IMG/VR virus record: IMGVR_UViG_3300032288_001605
Coordinates: 1-55,792 of that record
DNA: 55,792 bases
Reading direction: 5' to 3' (one strand)
Origin: a virus
Lineage: Duplodnaviria > Caudoviricetes
Shown: positions 9,871 through 19,043 of the stretch, one piece after another
Layout of the letters: each line of letters starts with the position of its first letter
Numbering within the stretch: the first letter of the stretch is position 1
Position numbers and translations under genes: made by a program
Notes under the pieces: generated by a model
Databases searched by the model: none
Told to the model about the DNA's origin: nothing
Seen by the model: only the letters and a program-made list of their open reading frames with translations

Positions 9871-10542
9871 CTAACGTACCCACAACATTCCAACATCCGC
9901 TGTTGGTCGCAAGTTAGATTTTTTCCAACCCTCTGTTTCCCACCATTGAGTTGTATCTTCAATCCATAATTTCAAATCTTTTGCTTTACTCAATGGCTTA
10001 TATTCTTCAGGTTTTTCCAGATGATGAGTAATGTATTGAAGGGCAAACTCCTTATAGCCGTTAACTTTCTTAAGCCGTTTAAGTTGTTCGATATGCTCAT
10101 CGATAGTAACCAAACTCCATTCAAAACAGAGTTCAGCGGGCTTTTTTGTTAGCCCTGCAAAGACCGTGCTTTCAGCGCCCTCAACGTCTATTTTCACAAG
10201 GTCTGGCATGCCATATTTATCGATTAAGGTGTCCATCGTCAAAGTCGGGACGAGTACAGTTCGAAATTCTTTTCCAGCGTAAGGCATACCTTCTTTAGTC
10301 AGCCAATCCTTATTTAGAGTTGAAAGCCCGTCTTCAACGCATTCATAAAATTCCAGCCATTCATTATCTTTATCTGCAATCGCCAAGCGCAAAGGAGTGA
10401 CATTTAGATTATAGGTAAAGTTAGACGCCAGTTGAGCAAAGATTCTCGGAGCGGCTTCAACGGCAATAACTTTGTAGCCTTTTTGTAAACCCGCTAAAGT
10501 CGCATCGCCTTTATTGGCGCCAATATCAAATAACAGTGACAC
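9871..10542 (-). CDS. FkbM-family SAM-dependent methyltransferase
   Basis: FDIGANKG, VIAVEA and LVKIDVEGAE motifs. Confidence 0.85.
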   Translation of the reverse strand: MSLLFDIGANKGDATLAGLQKGYKVIAVEAAPRIFAQLASNFTYNLNVTPLRLAIADKDNEWLEFYECVEDGLSTLNKDWLTKEGMPYAGKEFRTVLVPTLTMDTLIDKYGMPDLVKIDVEGAESTVFAGLTKKPAELCFEWSLVTIDEHIEQLKRLKKVNGYKEFALQYITHHLEKPEEYKPLSKAKDLKLWIEDTTQWWETEGWKKSNLRPTADVGMLWVR

Positions 10543-11095
10543 CCATTCTCCCTAAGTTCATTTTTATTGCTTCTCGATATTCTGGTCTAGTTTCTTTAAC
10601 TAGAAGATTCATGAAGAGTTGTTTTGATTCGTCTTGTCTACCAATCCACCATGCAGACACAGCCTTTTCAAACTCAAGGCAATAGCGTCCATAATATTCA
10701 ACGTCGGCTGGTAACGCTTTTTTATCTTTCTTTGTCAATCCAAGTTCAGCCCATGTATAGGCTTCTTGCCAATTGCGAGCGCGTTCATGGAATCTAGCCA
10801 TAAGGAAATAACCTTCTGGACGAGTTGGGTCATAGGCAATTGACTGCAAAATGGCATTGCTTACCGTATGCACTCTATCTTTCTGAGATTCAAAACAAAG
10901 AGATAGCCTTAAGAGTGAAGCATAAACAACCGGGTCTTTATCCTTCTGGCTATATTCTGCCGCTCTTAAGTAAAAAGATATGGCAGAAGCCATCTGATTG
11001 AGTCGCTCATATTCTTTAGCAATTTCAAAATTCTTCTCGGCATTGAATGGGTCACTAGAGAATTCAACAATCAGGTTCTCTAATTTGTCATACAT
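10526..11095 (-). CDS. TPR-repeat protein
   Basis: Helical repeats: AISFYLRAAE, DPTRPEGYFLMARF, EKAVSAWWIG. Confidence 0.65.
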   Translation of the reverse strand: MYDKLENLIVEFSSDPFNAEKNFEIAKEYERLNQMASAISFYLRAAEYSQKDKDPVVYASLLRLSLCFESQKDRVHTVSNAILQSIAYDPTRPEGYFLMARFHERARNWQEAYTWAELGLTKKDKKALPADVEYYGRYCLEFEKAVSAWWIGRQDESKQLFMNLLVKETRPEYREAIKMNLGRMGVTVI

Positions 11096-12086
11096 AGTTC
11101 AAAGCCTCGATTATCAGGTCTTCAACCAAAAGTTTAGGAGTTCTCAATACAAACGCGGCATTATCCTGAAAGCCAAAACTGATTAACAGGTCATCTCCAT
11201 AGACGGCTCCTCCAGCACAAAATTCTATTCGGGCATCGAGGAATGAGAATTCATTAGTCATACCTAGCAGGTTGAATTCTTTATCCCAAACCAAAAGACG
11301 GTGACGGTAAATTGCATCTTTTTGGTTCAGGTAGTTTTGCCAAAGATTTACTTCATGAGATATCGAGATATAAAGATTTCCCCAAGGAATCATGTGGGAA
11401 CTGCCGCGCTGGTCCCTCGGTGGCATAACTGCCTTTTTCAGAATCACCTGTTCTGTATTCGGCTCAGTAGGTGAGGATTTAACAATCTCAGTAGGAGAGG
11501 TCCATTTCAAAAAATGATACGGCTTGTCAAGGATAGGAACCCAATTCTTTTCACAGTACGAACTATTCTCACCCGGCGCTGGCATTCTGACGCGGCTTAC
11601 CTCTTTAGCCGTCCAGTCGACCTTATCAAGTTCAATACGGCTGTACTCCATTCGACCTTCGCCATTATGGGTCGTATCTCGTCGAACGCCAATCAGATAA
11701 TAATCGCCGTCCCATTTAACTAGGCGACAGTCTTCTTCCCCGTGGAATTCCCAAAGAGGCTCGACATCCAAAGCCGAGGTGTCAACCCTCGTGCTATGAG
11801 TCATCCTGAGTTCAGAATCTAAACGGCAAAGATAGTTAATGGTCTTTAGTTTCTGGTCTTGCTCTGGATGAAGATAAGAAAGCGGTCCCCATCGACTAGG
11901 AAACCTTTGATTATTTTCAGAATGATAAAGCGTGTAGTTGACATGCCTTAAGTTCAAAAGAATATCGCCGTCATCGTCTATAAAAACAGAGGGATTCATC
12001 AATCCAGTTCCAGAGGTCAGACCGTCAGATATAACAAGAGGGGCTAGTTTGCCTCCATGCTTTACGGCTTTTTCAACTAGATTCAT
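11088..12086 (-). CDS. Five-bladed beta-propeller glycosidase-like protein (GH43/GH130-like)
   Basis: NPSV, GEEDCRL, EKNWVP, RGSS, IEFCAG and SFGFQD motifs. Confidence 0.6.
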   Translation of the reverse strand: MNLVEKAVKHGGKLAPLVISDGLTSGTGLMNPSVFIDDDGDILLNLRHVNYTLYHSENNQRFPSRWGPLSYLHPEQDQKLKTINYLCRLDSELRMTHSTRVDTSALDVEPLWEFHGEEDCRLVKWDGDYYLIGVRRDTTHNGEGRMEYSRIELDKVDWTAKEVSRVRMPAPGENSSYCEKNWVPILDKPYHFLKWTSPTEIVKSSPTEPNTEQVILKKAVMPPRDQRGSSHMIPWGNLYISISHEVNLWQNYLNQKDAIYRHRLLVWDKEFNLLGMTNEFSFLDARIEFCAGGAVYGDDLLISFGFQDNAAFVLRTPKLLVEDLIIEALNYV

Positions 12087-12157
12087 GCAGGAAGCCTAGT
12101 GCAATAAGTTTGGGTTTTCAATGACTGATAAGATAGGTTCTCTCAAAGGAGTTGACC

Positions 12158-12568
12158 ATGTTCACATATTCGGGTGACCCAAGTGCCTCAGATTTAGACG
12201 CAGTTCGTTTCCTTATTGGCGATACCGCTGAAAATGATGCTGAATTGCAAGATGAGGAAATCCTCTATCTTCTAACGACATGGGGCGGAACTTATCCTGC
12301 CGCTATTGCCGCATGTGAAGTGGTCTCGGGTCGCTATGCCGACCGCACAAACTACTCACGAAGCGTGGGAGACCTCAGCATTTCAGAGTCCTATGGAGCC
12401 TCTGCCGCTGAATACCGTCAACTCGCTAATCGCCTTCGTGCTCAACGAGACCTCTTGACTCCACCGACTCCCAGAATTAATGCCCAATCAATCATTCCAA
12501 CTCGCGAGAAGAATGTGACTTCGTATCACTCAGACTTCTACACGGGAATCATGGATAACAACACCTGA
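12158..12568 (+). CDS. Head-tail adaptor protein
   Basis: VRFLIGDT...LQDEEI...SVGDLSIS pattern; position before neck genes. Confidence 0.75.
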   Translation: MFTYSGDPSASDLDAVRFLIGDTAENDAELQDEEILYLLTTWGGTYPAAIAACEVVSGRYADRTNYSRSVGDLSISESYGASAAEYRQLANRLRAQRDLLTPPTPRINAQSIIPTREKNVTSYHSDFYTGIMDNNT

Positions 12569-12921
12569 TGACTTACATAAAGGGTTCTCCCGACCATTGG
12601 ACGGGGGATATGACTGACGTGATTACGGTGTATAAAAAGACTACGCTGGATAATTACGGAAAATTGGCAACCTCGACAACTGGGACTACTTATTCATGCC
12701 GAATTATTGCGGATACGCTGAAACAAAACACGGAGCAGAATCGCTCAGTTTTCAGTGAGGGTCGACTTATTGTCCTTGGTAATCCAAACATAGGCATTGG
12801 AGACAGAATTGTTTTGGATGATGGAAGTGAACCCATCGTTACAAGGTTAGACAAAAAGAATTACAGTGCAAACGGTGTTACATCACCCCATCACGCTGTC
12901 ATATTTTTTGGACGTGCCTAG
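12568..12921 (+). CDS. Head closure / stopper protein
   Basis: Synteny; LDNYG and IGDRI motifs. Confidence 0.6.
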   Translation: MTYIKGSPDHWTGDMTDVITVYKKTTLDNYGKLATSTTGTTYSCRIIADTLKQNTEQNRSVFSEGRLIVLGNPNIGIGDRIVLDDGSEPIVTRLDKKNYSANGVTSPHHAVIFFGRA

Positions 12922-13331
12922 TGGAGCCAATTGAAATCAAGGGGTTGGATAAACTTAATCGTCTTGTTGCCGCCGCGGGGGATAACGCAATCCAAGCCTT
13001 AGCAGAGGGTCTGTATTGGGAAGCGACTATGGCTTTTAATGAGTCGCAAACATTAGTTCCAGTCGATACTGGAATCTTACGGGCAAGCGGTCACATGAAC
13101 CCAGTTGACAAAACAGAGAATTCTGTCGAAGTAACTATTTCTTATGGTGGACCAGCATCGTCATACGCTTTATTTGTTCACGAACGCATTTACGCTCCAA
13201 GCGGCAAGAAGGTCTATCACGCTCCACCTACAAGAGCAAAATATCTTGAAACTCCAGCCAAGCGCAGAGTTAAGGGCATGGCTCAACGCTTAGGTGTATA
13301 TCTTCAACGTCGCATCGGTCAAGGATATTAG
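12921..13331 (+). CDS. HK97 gp10-like neck protein
   Basis: VPVDTGILRAS, YALFVHE and AKYLETP motifs. Confidence 0.8.
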   Translation: MEPIEIKGLDKLNRLVAAAGDNAIQALAEGLYWEATMAFNESQTLVPVDTGILRASGHMNPVDKTENSVEVTISYGGPASSYALFVHERIYAPSGKKVYHAPPTRAKYLETPAKRRVKGMAQRLGVYLQRRIGQGY

Positions 13332-13339
13332 GAGGTCAC

Positions 13340-13744
13340 ATGCCAACAGTTCTAGAAGCGGTCGGTACTTACATTGATACCAACTCGGCAGATTTAACTC
13401 TCGGTACCAATCTTTTCTTATCAAAAATGCCAGAGAAGCCTGACTTCTGTGTAGCCGTTTTTGAGTACGAAGGATTGCCCCCAATTGAAACTTTTGGAGC
13501 CAACGGGTTTTCAGTAGATAGACCAAGCCTCCAAATTATGGTCAGAGCGACCCGAGATGACTACGTTACGGCTCGCGATAAGGCTGTGACACTCCGAACG
13601 CTAATTTCGGCGATATCAAACAATACCCTCTCAAGCATTGGTATTCTTCGCATCGCATCTATGGGTTCCATTATGCCTATCGGTGTCGACGAGTTGGAAA
13701 GACCTTCGGTCGTTTTCAACGTAGATTGCTTCGTTGGAGTCTAG
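13340..13744 (+). CDS. Tail terminator protein
   Basis: Synteny; MPEKPD...PSLQIMVR...DELERP motifs. Confidence 0.7.
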   Translation: MPTVLEAVGTYIDTNSADLTLGTNLFLSKMPEKPDFCVAVFEYEGLPPIETFGANGFSVDRPSLQIMVRATRDDYVTARDKAVTLRTLISAISNNTLSSIGILRIASMGSIMPIGVDELERPSVVFNVDCFVGV

Positions 13745-13749
13745 TCGAC

Positions 13750-13968
13750 ATGGAATCAAAGACGCCTAGTCCTTTCCCAAAAGGACCAGAGGGACCGAGT
13801 GCGGAATCCCCTACTCCGCAAGAGAGAGCATTAGACCCTTATGGCAGAAACGCAACGACAGACGAATTCCAAAGATGTTGGAAGTGCGACCGTCTCCTCT
13901 TTGAGTCCGCGACGCGCCCGTGGAGTATCAGATGTCCAAGATGCAAGTCAAAAAATAAATCAGGATGA
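13750..13968 (+). CDS. Mu Com-like zinc-finger protein
   Basis: RCWKCDRLL...IRCPRCKSKN matches the Com-type CxxC-x-(K/R)LL...KCPRCK pattern. Confidence 0.65.
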   Translation: MESKTPSPFPKGPEGPSAESPTPQERALDPYGRNATTDEFQRCWKCDRLLFESATRPWSIRCPRCKSKNKSG

Positions 13969-14230
13969 ATTCCTTAATCGTCTGACTACTCTTTATGGAA
14001 AGAAAAGTCAAAGCGGTTTCAATTGTGGTCTAGGAAAGTTATTGGCAACAGTTGAAGAACCAATCAAATCAAAACTAAATGATGCAATTCTCAATCAATC
14101 AGTTGAAGCATCGGCGATTGCCGCGCTCTTAACAGATTTTGGATACGAGATTAGTTCGAGCATTGTTCGCCGTCATCGTCGCCGCATGAGTGGGCGAGAA
14201 GGATGTAAGTGTCCACGTGAGCCTAGATGA
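13841..14230 (+). CDS. Hypothetical Zn-binding/HTH-like protein (start uncertain)
   Basis: C...RRHRRR...CKC motif typically found before actinophage phosphoesterases. Confidence 0.55.
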   Translation: MAETQRQTNSKDVGSATVSSLSPRRARGVSDVQDASQKINQDEFLNRLTTLYGKKSQSGFNCGLGKLLATVEEPIKSKLNDAILNQSVEASAIAALLTDFGYEISSSIVRRHRRRMSGREGCKCPREPR

Positions 14231-15413
14231 CGCATTAGATAATCTTCTGAAGACTACGGAGATTAACTCAGTTCAGAAAACTGAGCCAAGACAAAGAAAA
14301 GCGGAATGGACTCCCGGCGTAACTTGGGAAGGTAATGAAGGAACAGTTACAACTGAAGCCTTCGAGGGTGAAGTAAAACCCGACTGGTCTCAAGTGTTAC
14401 GTATGTGGGGATTAGACCCTGAGCATTTCACCGTTGTCGAACCTGTTTTGTTTAACGTATGGGGCGATACGAATGGCATTCTTAATCGTCAATGGAAGGG
14501 CAAAGTAGTACGTAAAGGCAAACAAGAAACTGCCGATATTGAGTCCCTGATTAAAGAAATCAAAAAGCATAAGCCTCATAAACCTAAAGAAATAGCGGGT
14601 GATGCGAGCCTTGTAGTTTGTGTAGCAGACTGGCAAACAGGTAAGCGTGACGGTGATGGTCTTAAGGGCTTGGTCGGCAGATGGCTAGATGCTATCGATG
14701 ATGTTGAGTTCAGATTAAAAGAATTGAAAAAAATCGGACGTTCAATTGATTCGATAACAGTTCTATGTCTAGGCGACTTGGTTGAAGGATGCGATGGTCA
14801 TTACGACATTCAAACCTTTACAGTTGAAGTCGATAGACGTGACCAGATAAAGATTGCTCGTCGTTTATTAAGAGACGCTCTCATCAAATGGTCAAAACTT
14901 GTTCCTTCCATAACAGTTGCCGCAATTGGCGGTAATCATGGAGAGAATAGAAAGAACGGAAAAGCATTCACGACTCTTGGCGATAATGATGATGTTGCCC
15001 TTGTCGAATCTGTTGCGGAAATCTTTGCGGCTAATCCTGAAGCCTACGGTCATGTCAACTTTGCAATTCCAACAGATGAGTTGAGTCTTACATTGGAAGT
15101 GCATGGAAAAATTATTGGTATTACCCATGGTCATCTTGCAAGGTCTGGCAGTGGAGGAGTAGAGTCCAAACTACGGAGATGGATAGCAGACCAAACTCTG
15201 GGAAGACAAAAAATCGGTGATTGCGATATTTTGGTTTCTGGTCATTATCATTCATTTAAGTTTGCAGATTGGGGAGGAGTCAAATGGCTACAAGCACCAG
15301 CCCTCGACGGGGGAAGCGTATGGTGGCGTCAGTCAACGGGAGAAGTAGCGGAAGTCGGAGTTCTAACGTTTCTAGTATCAACGGCGGGAGTGACGGATAT
15401 CCAATTACTATGA
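14217..15413 (+). CDS. Calcineurin-like (Mre11-type) metallophosphoesterase
   Basis: ADWQ, LGDLVEG, GGNHG, THGH and SGHYH motifs. Confidence 0.85.
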   Translation: MSLDDALDNLLKTTEINSVQKTEPRQRKAEWTPGVTWEGNEGTVTTEAFEGEVKPDWSQVLRMWGLDPEHFTVVEPVLFNVWGDTNGILNRQWKGKVVRKGKQETADIESLIKEIKKHKPHKPKEIAGDASLVVCVADWQTGKRDGDGLKGLVGRWLDAIDDVEFRLKELKKIGRSIDSITVLCLGDLVEGCDGHYDIQTFTVEVDRRDQIKIARRLLRDALIKWSKLVPSITVAAIGGNHGENRKNGKAFTTLGDNDDVALVESVAEIFAANPEAYGHVNFAIPTDELSLTLEVHGKIIGITHGHLARSGSGGVESKLRRWIADQTLGRQKIGDCDILVSGHYHSFKFADWGGVKWLQAPALDGGSVWWRQSTGEVAEVGVLTFLVSTAGVTDIQLL

Positions 15414-15697
15414 ACGACCCACGTGATATCGCTTCGTATGCCGCTGAGTTGGTCTCAGGGGAGCGTCAGGACGCCTACGGTCATCCTCTCGATAACTTCT
15501 CTAGGGCGGCGAAGATATGGTCTGTAATCCTCGGCTGTGACGTTTCTGCCGAGCAGGTTGCCCTCTGTATGGTAGGGATGAAGATTGCCCGTGAGGTCAA
15601 TCAGTCCAAGCCCGATACCGTGGTCGATGGAATTGGCTATTTCCTAACCCTCAACATGATTCAAGAGGAACGCCTACGCAGGGATATCGTTGAATAA
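15410..15697 (+). CDS. DUF6378-like protein
   Basis: GERQDAYGHP-x-x-NF...W...VALCM...KIAR...D-x-x-VD-x-x-GY pattern. Confidence 0.75.
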   Translation: MNDPRDIASYAAELVSGERQDAYGHPLDNFSRAAKIWSVILGCDVSAEQVALCMVGMKIAREVNQSKPDTVVDGIGYFLTLNMIQEERLRRDIVE

Positions 15698-15718
15698 CTA
15701 ACCCATGTTTGGTATACT
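15690..15718 (+). promoter_or_regulatory. Conserved cassette promoter
   Basis: TTGAAT-AACTAACCCATGTTTGG-TATACT, 17-nt spacer. Confidence 0.8.
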
Positions 15719-15743
15719 TATCTTGTCCTGAGAGGAGGGCGAG

Positions 15744-16850
15744 ATGAGAGAGTTCAGAATCTCAAGCATCAATATTGAGAAGACTCTTGCCAAGGCTCAA
15801 AAGATTGCTTCCCGCGGGAAGAATAAAGGTTTGAGCGGCGGTTTTGAAGTACGTGTTGAATCGCGCTCCGAAACACTCAATGGAATCGAATGTGAATATT
15901 CAGTTCTCGTCATTGAGGGCGAACCAGTCAAATTTAACGGATGGCAGTTCGTGGGTGTTGCCGAGTTTATCGAGGGTAAGGCTCTCACAAAAACCATTGC
16001 GGGTGGAATAGAAGTCAAGCCTTCAGAGGTAAAGGTTGGCTATTGCGAGCATTGCCAAAAGGTTCGCTCTCGCTCAAAAGTTATCTTCGTCCAGAATGAA
16101 GAAGGAAAGTTGAGTCAGGTTGGCTCAAGTTGCGTCAAGGACTTTCTTGGATGGGAATTCAATCCGTCAGTCTTAGTCACCGAAGAAGATTTCAATGCCG
16201 AGTTCGGCGGATTTTCTGGTGGCGAACATAGTGGATTCGATACTTCGGGCGTGTTAGCAACCGCGGTCTGCGCAGTAGAAAAAACTGGATACATAGCCGC
16301 TGGAACTGGTCTTTCAACTAAAGAGGTCGTATGGGGAAAGTTAGCGGGCGGATTTCATGGTCTGAGTCTATGGAAAGAATTGGTCGGTCAAGAAGTAACC
16401 GATGCTCACCGTGATAAGGCTCGGGAGTTACTTGAGTTCGGAAAGAGTTTTGAAGGTGAATCAAGTTACGCCGAAAATGTCAGAATTATCAGTGGGCTGG
16501 CATTTCAAAAGCACGGCACGGCAGGTATCTTAATCAGTCTCTTGAAGGCTTGGCAGAAAAAGGCTGAAGAACAAATTGAAAAGAAAATCTACAAAAATGA
16601 GATTTTTGCTTCAGTTGGAGAAAAGGTTGAGGTTGAGGTTACAGTCTTAAAAGAAAACACCTTTGAGACTCAGTTCGGCTGGACCACGCTTTACACATTC
16701 GAGGGTGGGGATTATCAGTTCAAATGGTTTTCAAGCCGTGGGTTGAATGTTGAGATTGGCGATAAGTTCAAAATCAAAGGAACTGTAAAAGGTCAAGATG
16801 AATATAAGGGTGTGGTTTCAACGCTATTGACCCGTTGCAAAGTTCTCTAA
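15744..16850 (+). CDS. Hypothetical protein with Cys motifs and a C-terminal OB-fold; has its own promoter
   Basis: CEHC...VGSSC; C-terminal TQFGWTTLY...IKGTVKG...LTR. Confidence 0.65.
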   Translation: MREFRISSINIEKTLAKAQKIASRGKNKGLSGGFEVRVESRSETLNGIECEYSVLVIEGEPVKFNGWQFVGVAEFIEGKALTKTIAGGIEVKPSEVKVGYCEHCQKVRSRSKVIFVQNEEGKLSQVGSSCVKDFLGWEFNPSVLVTEEDFNAEFGGFSGGEHSGFDTSGVLATAVCAVEKTGYIAAGTGLSTKEVVWGKLAGGFHGLSLWKELVGQEVTDAHRDKARELLEFGKSFEGESSYAENVRIISGLAFQKHGTAGILISLLKAWQKKAEEQIEKKIYKNEIFASVGEKVEVEVTVLKENTFETQFGWTTLYTFEGGDYQFKWFSSRGLNVEIGDKFKIKGTVKGQDEYKGVVSTLLTRCKVL

Positions 16851-16970
16851 ATTTCAATGCGATACAATAAACGCACTGTGCGCTTGTCGCCCGAGTTTTT
16901 CGTCTCTTCCGTGTCCGAGTGACCTGACGGTTACTTGGGTTACCCATGTGCCGTATCGGAGGAGGTCTAG

Positions 16971-17309
16971 ATGGCTCGCTATCGAGTCTTGAAGGGTATC
17001 GATTACCCGCCAAACAAACGTGCCGAAATCGGTGACGTTGTAGATGATTTACCTGCAAACGCTGTTAAGTGGCTACTTGCAGATGAGATTATTGAAGACG
17101 CAGATAAACCGTCAAAAGTTAAAGCCGAACCCGTTCCTGCACCTGTTATCGAACCAGTTGTTGCAGAACCAATTATTAAAGAACCAATCATTGAAGTTCC
17201 CGTCGAGGAATCTAAGGAAGATGGATTTAATCCAGATGCCAAAGATGAAGACAATGATGGCTTAGTCCAAGACGGAACCCCATTTCAGCGTCCAGTTGAG
17301 GAGAAATAA
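16971..17309 (+). CDS. Hypothetical protein upstream of tail tube genes, with DxDxDG motif
   Basis: GGAGG RBS; Pro/Glu linker; DEDNDGLVQDGTPFQRP. Confidence 0.65.
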   Translation: MARYRVLKGIDYPPNKRAEIGDVVDDLPANAVKWLLADEIIEDADKPSKVKAEPVPAPVIEPVVAEPIIKEPIIEVPVEESKEDGFNPDAKDEDNDGLVQDGTPFQRPVEEK

Positions 17310-18031
17310 TGCCAGTCTTTCGTCACGGTAAAGGAACAGTTGTCCTTTCCAATGAATTTGATTTAAGCGCTTATCTAAATAGCGTTACTGCAACTAATGG
17401 AGTTGAAGTTCCAGAGACAACAACATTCGGTTCAAATGACCGCTCTTATATTGCGGGTCACCTTGAGGGAACAGTTTCCTTTGATGGCTTGTTTGATGGT
17501 TCAGCCGATGCTGTTGATGAAATTTTAACTGATGCTCTTGGAAATAATACTTATGCAACTATGACAGTTTCGAACGATGGTTCGGGACTTGGACGCAGAG
17601 CAACAATGCTCTCGGCTGTTGAGTCTTCATACGAAATCAGCAGTCCTCTTACAGATGTCGTGTCCGTTTCAGGCGGCGCGAATGCCAATGGTGGTCTCGA
17701 TTATGGTGTTTGGCTTGGTTGCCTAAGCGCTATCACAACGACTTCTACTGGTACAGCAGTTGACAATTCCGCATCAAGCACAAATGGCGGAGTTGCTCAC
17801 CTACACATTACGGCTAATACCCGTAGCACAACAACAGTTGCAAAGGTGCAACACTCCACTGACAATTCAGTTTGGGTTGACCTTGTAACTTTTACAACTA
17901 TCGGTTCCACTACTTTGACCTCACAGCGAGTTGAAGTTAGCGGCACCGTTAATCGTTACGTCCGAGCGTTGGTAACTCCAGCATCGGGTACAGGTTCAAT
18001 CACATTCAGCATCGCTTTCTCAAGGAGATAA
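17309..18031 (+). CDS. Tail tube-like protein with extra C-terminal beta domain
   Basis: Paralog of 18036..18455 (MPxFRHGK, ETTxFGSNDRxYIxG). Confidence 0.7.
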   Translation: MPVFRHGKGTVVLSNEFDLSAYLNSVTATNGVEVPETTTFGSNDRSYIAGHLEGTVSFDGLFDGSADAVDEILTDALGNNTYATMTVSNDGSGLGRRATMLSAVESSYEISSPLTDVVSVSGGANANGGLDYGVWLGCLSAITTTSTGTAVDNSASSTNGGVAHLHITANTRSTTTVAKVQHSTDNSVWVDLVTFTTIGSTTLTSQRVEVSGTVNRYVRALVTPASGTGSITFSIAFSRR

Positions 18032-18035
18032 AAAA

Positions 18036-18455
18036 ATGCCTACATTTCGCCACGGTAAATCCGCCGTATTCAAGGTTGACGATTCATCTGGAACACTAAG
18101 AGACATCTCGAATGTCTCAAACTCTGTCTCATTCCCACGTGAAGCAGAAATTTTGGAAACAACATCTTTCGGTTCAAATGACCGTACCTACATTGTCGGT
18201 TTCAAAAACCAGACAATTAGCATTGACGGTTCATTTGACGCAACTGTAGATGGTTACCTCGCTGGAATTCTCGGACAAGATGCAACAGTATCTTTCGAGT
18301 ACGGTCCAGAAGGTTCCGCTTCGGGTGCAACTAAGTACACAGGTGAGGCTTATTTGACCTCATACGAAACTTCCGCAGGAGTAGGCGATGTAGTATCGTT
18401 CTCAGCGGCGTTTCAGATTTCTGGTGCCGTTACACGCGGCTCTTACAGCGTATAA
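18036..18455 (+). CDS. Major tail tube protein
   Basis: ETTSFGS...FEYGPEG...YTGEAYLTSYE...SFSAAFQISG; upstream of chaperone and tape measure. Confidence 0.8.
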   Translation: MPTFRHGKSAVFKVDDSSGTLRDISNVSNSVSFPREAEILETTSFGSNDRTYIVGFKNQTISIDGSFDATVDGYLAGILGQDATVSFEYGPEGSASGATKYTGEAYLTSYETSAGVGDVVSFSAAFQISGAVTRGSYSV

Positions 18456-18503
18456 CAATTAAATAAAAAATAATCGTGTCCGAGAAGACCAAAGGAGAAC
18501 ATC

Positions 18504-18887
18504 GTGTCCATTAGAGACCAAATCCTCGCAGTTCAAGATATTCCATCAGAAGTGGTGGATGTTCCTGAATGGGGTGTAAAAATTGAAGTTCGTGGTATGA
18601 CTGGCGCAGAGCGCACACGTATCATGGACAAAGCAACCTCGAGCGGAAAAGACGTCAATCTTCAGTTTGTCTATCCTGAAATTGTCATCGCAACCGCATT
18701 CGACCCCGATACAGGAAAACAAATCTTTGTTCCAGAGGATAAGGATGTTCTACTTTCCAAGTCTGCAAATGCCCTCGACCGTATCGCCATGGTAGGTATG
18801 CGCTTATCAGGCTTTACAAAAGAGGCGGCTGATGAGTTGGGAAAAGACTCCTCCGCAACGGTTATAGAAGATTCGTCTTTGAGTTAG
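18504..18887 (+). CDS. Tail assembly chaperone (gpG-like)
   Basis: VDVPEWG...VRGMTG-x-ER; slippery G GGA AAA near the 3' end. Confidence 0.8.
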   Translation: MSIRDQILAVQDIPSEVVDVPEWGVKIEVRGMTGAERTRIMDKATSSGKDVNLQFVYPEIVIATAFDPDTGKQIFVPEDKDVLLSKSANALDRIAMVGMRLSGFTKEAADELGKDSSATVIEDSSLS

Positions 18888-19033
18888 CAGAGCGATTGGG
18901 ACGGACTGTCGAGGAACTTTTACACGGCAGTCCGTCTCATCGTGCTATCTCTTCTAATGAATTATCTGAGTGGGAAGCCCTTGAGCGACTTCGCGCTTGG
19001 GAGCAAGAACAGGCAATGAAACAACGGAAGTAG
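18839..19033 (+). CDS. -1 frameshift extension of tail assembly chaperone (gpGT-like)
   Basis: GGGAAAA at 18839-18845; the -1 frame reads RLLRNGYRRFVFELAERLGRTVEEL...EWEALE to TAG at 19031-19033. Confidence 0.8.
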   Translation, partial: GKRLLRNGYRRFVFELAERLGRTVEELLHGSPSHRAISSNELSEWEALERLRAWEQEQAMKQRK

Positions 19034-19043
19034 GTGACTTGGA

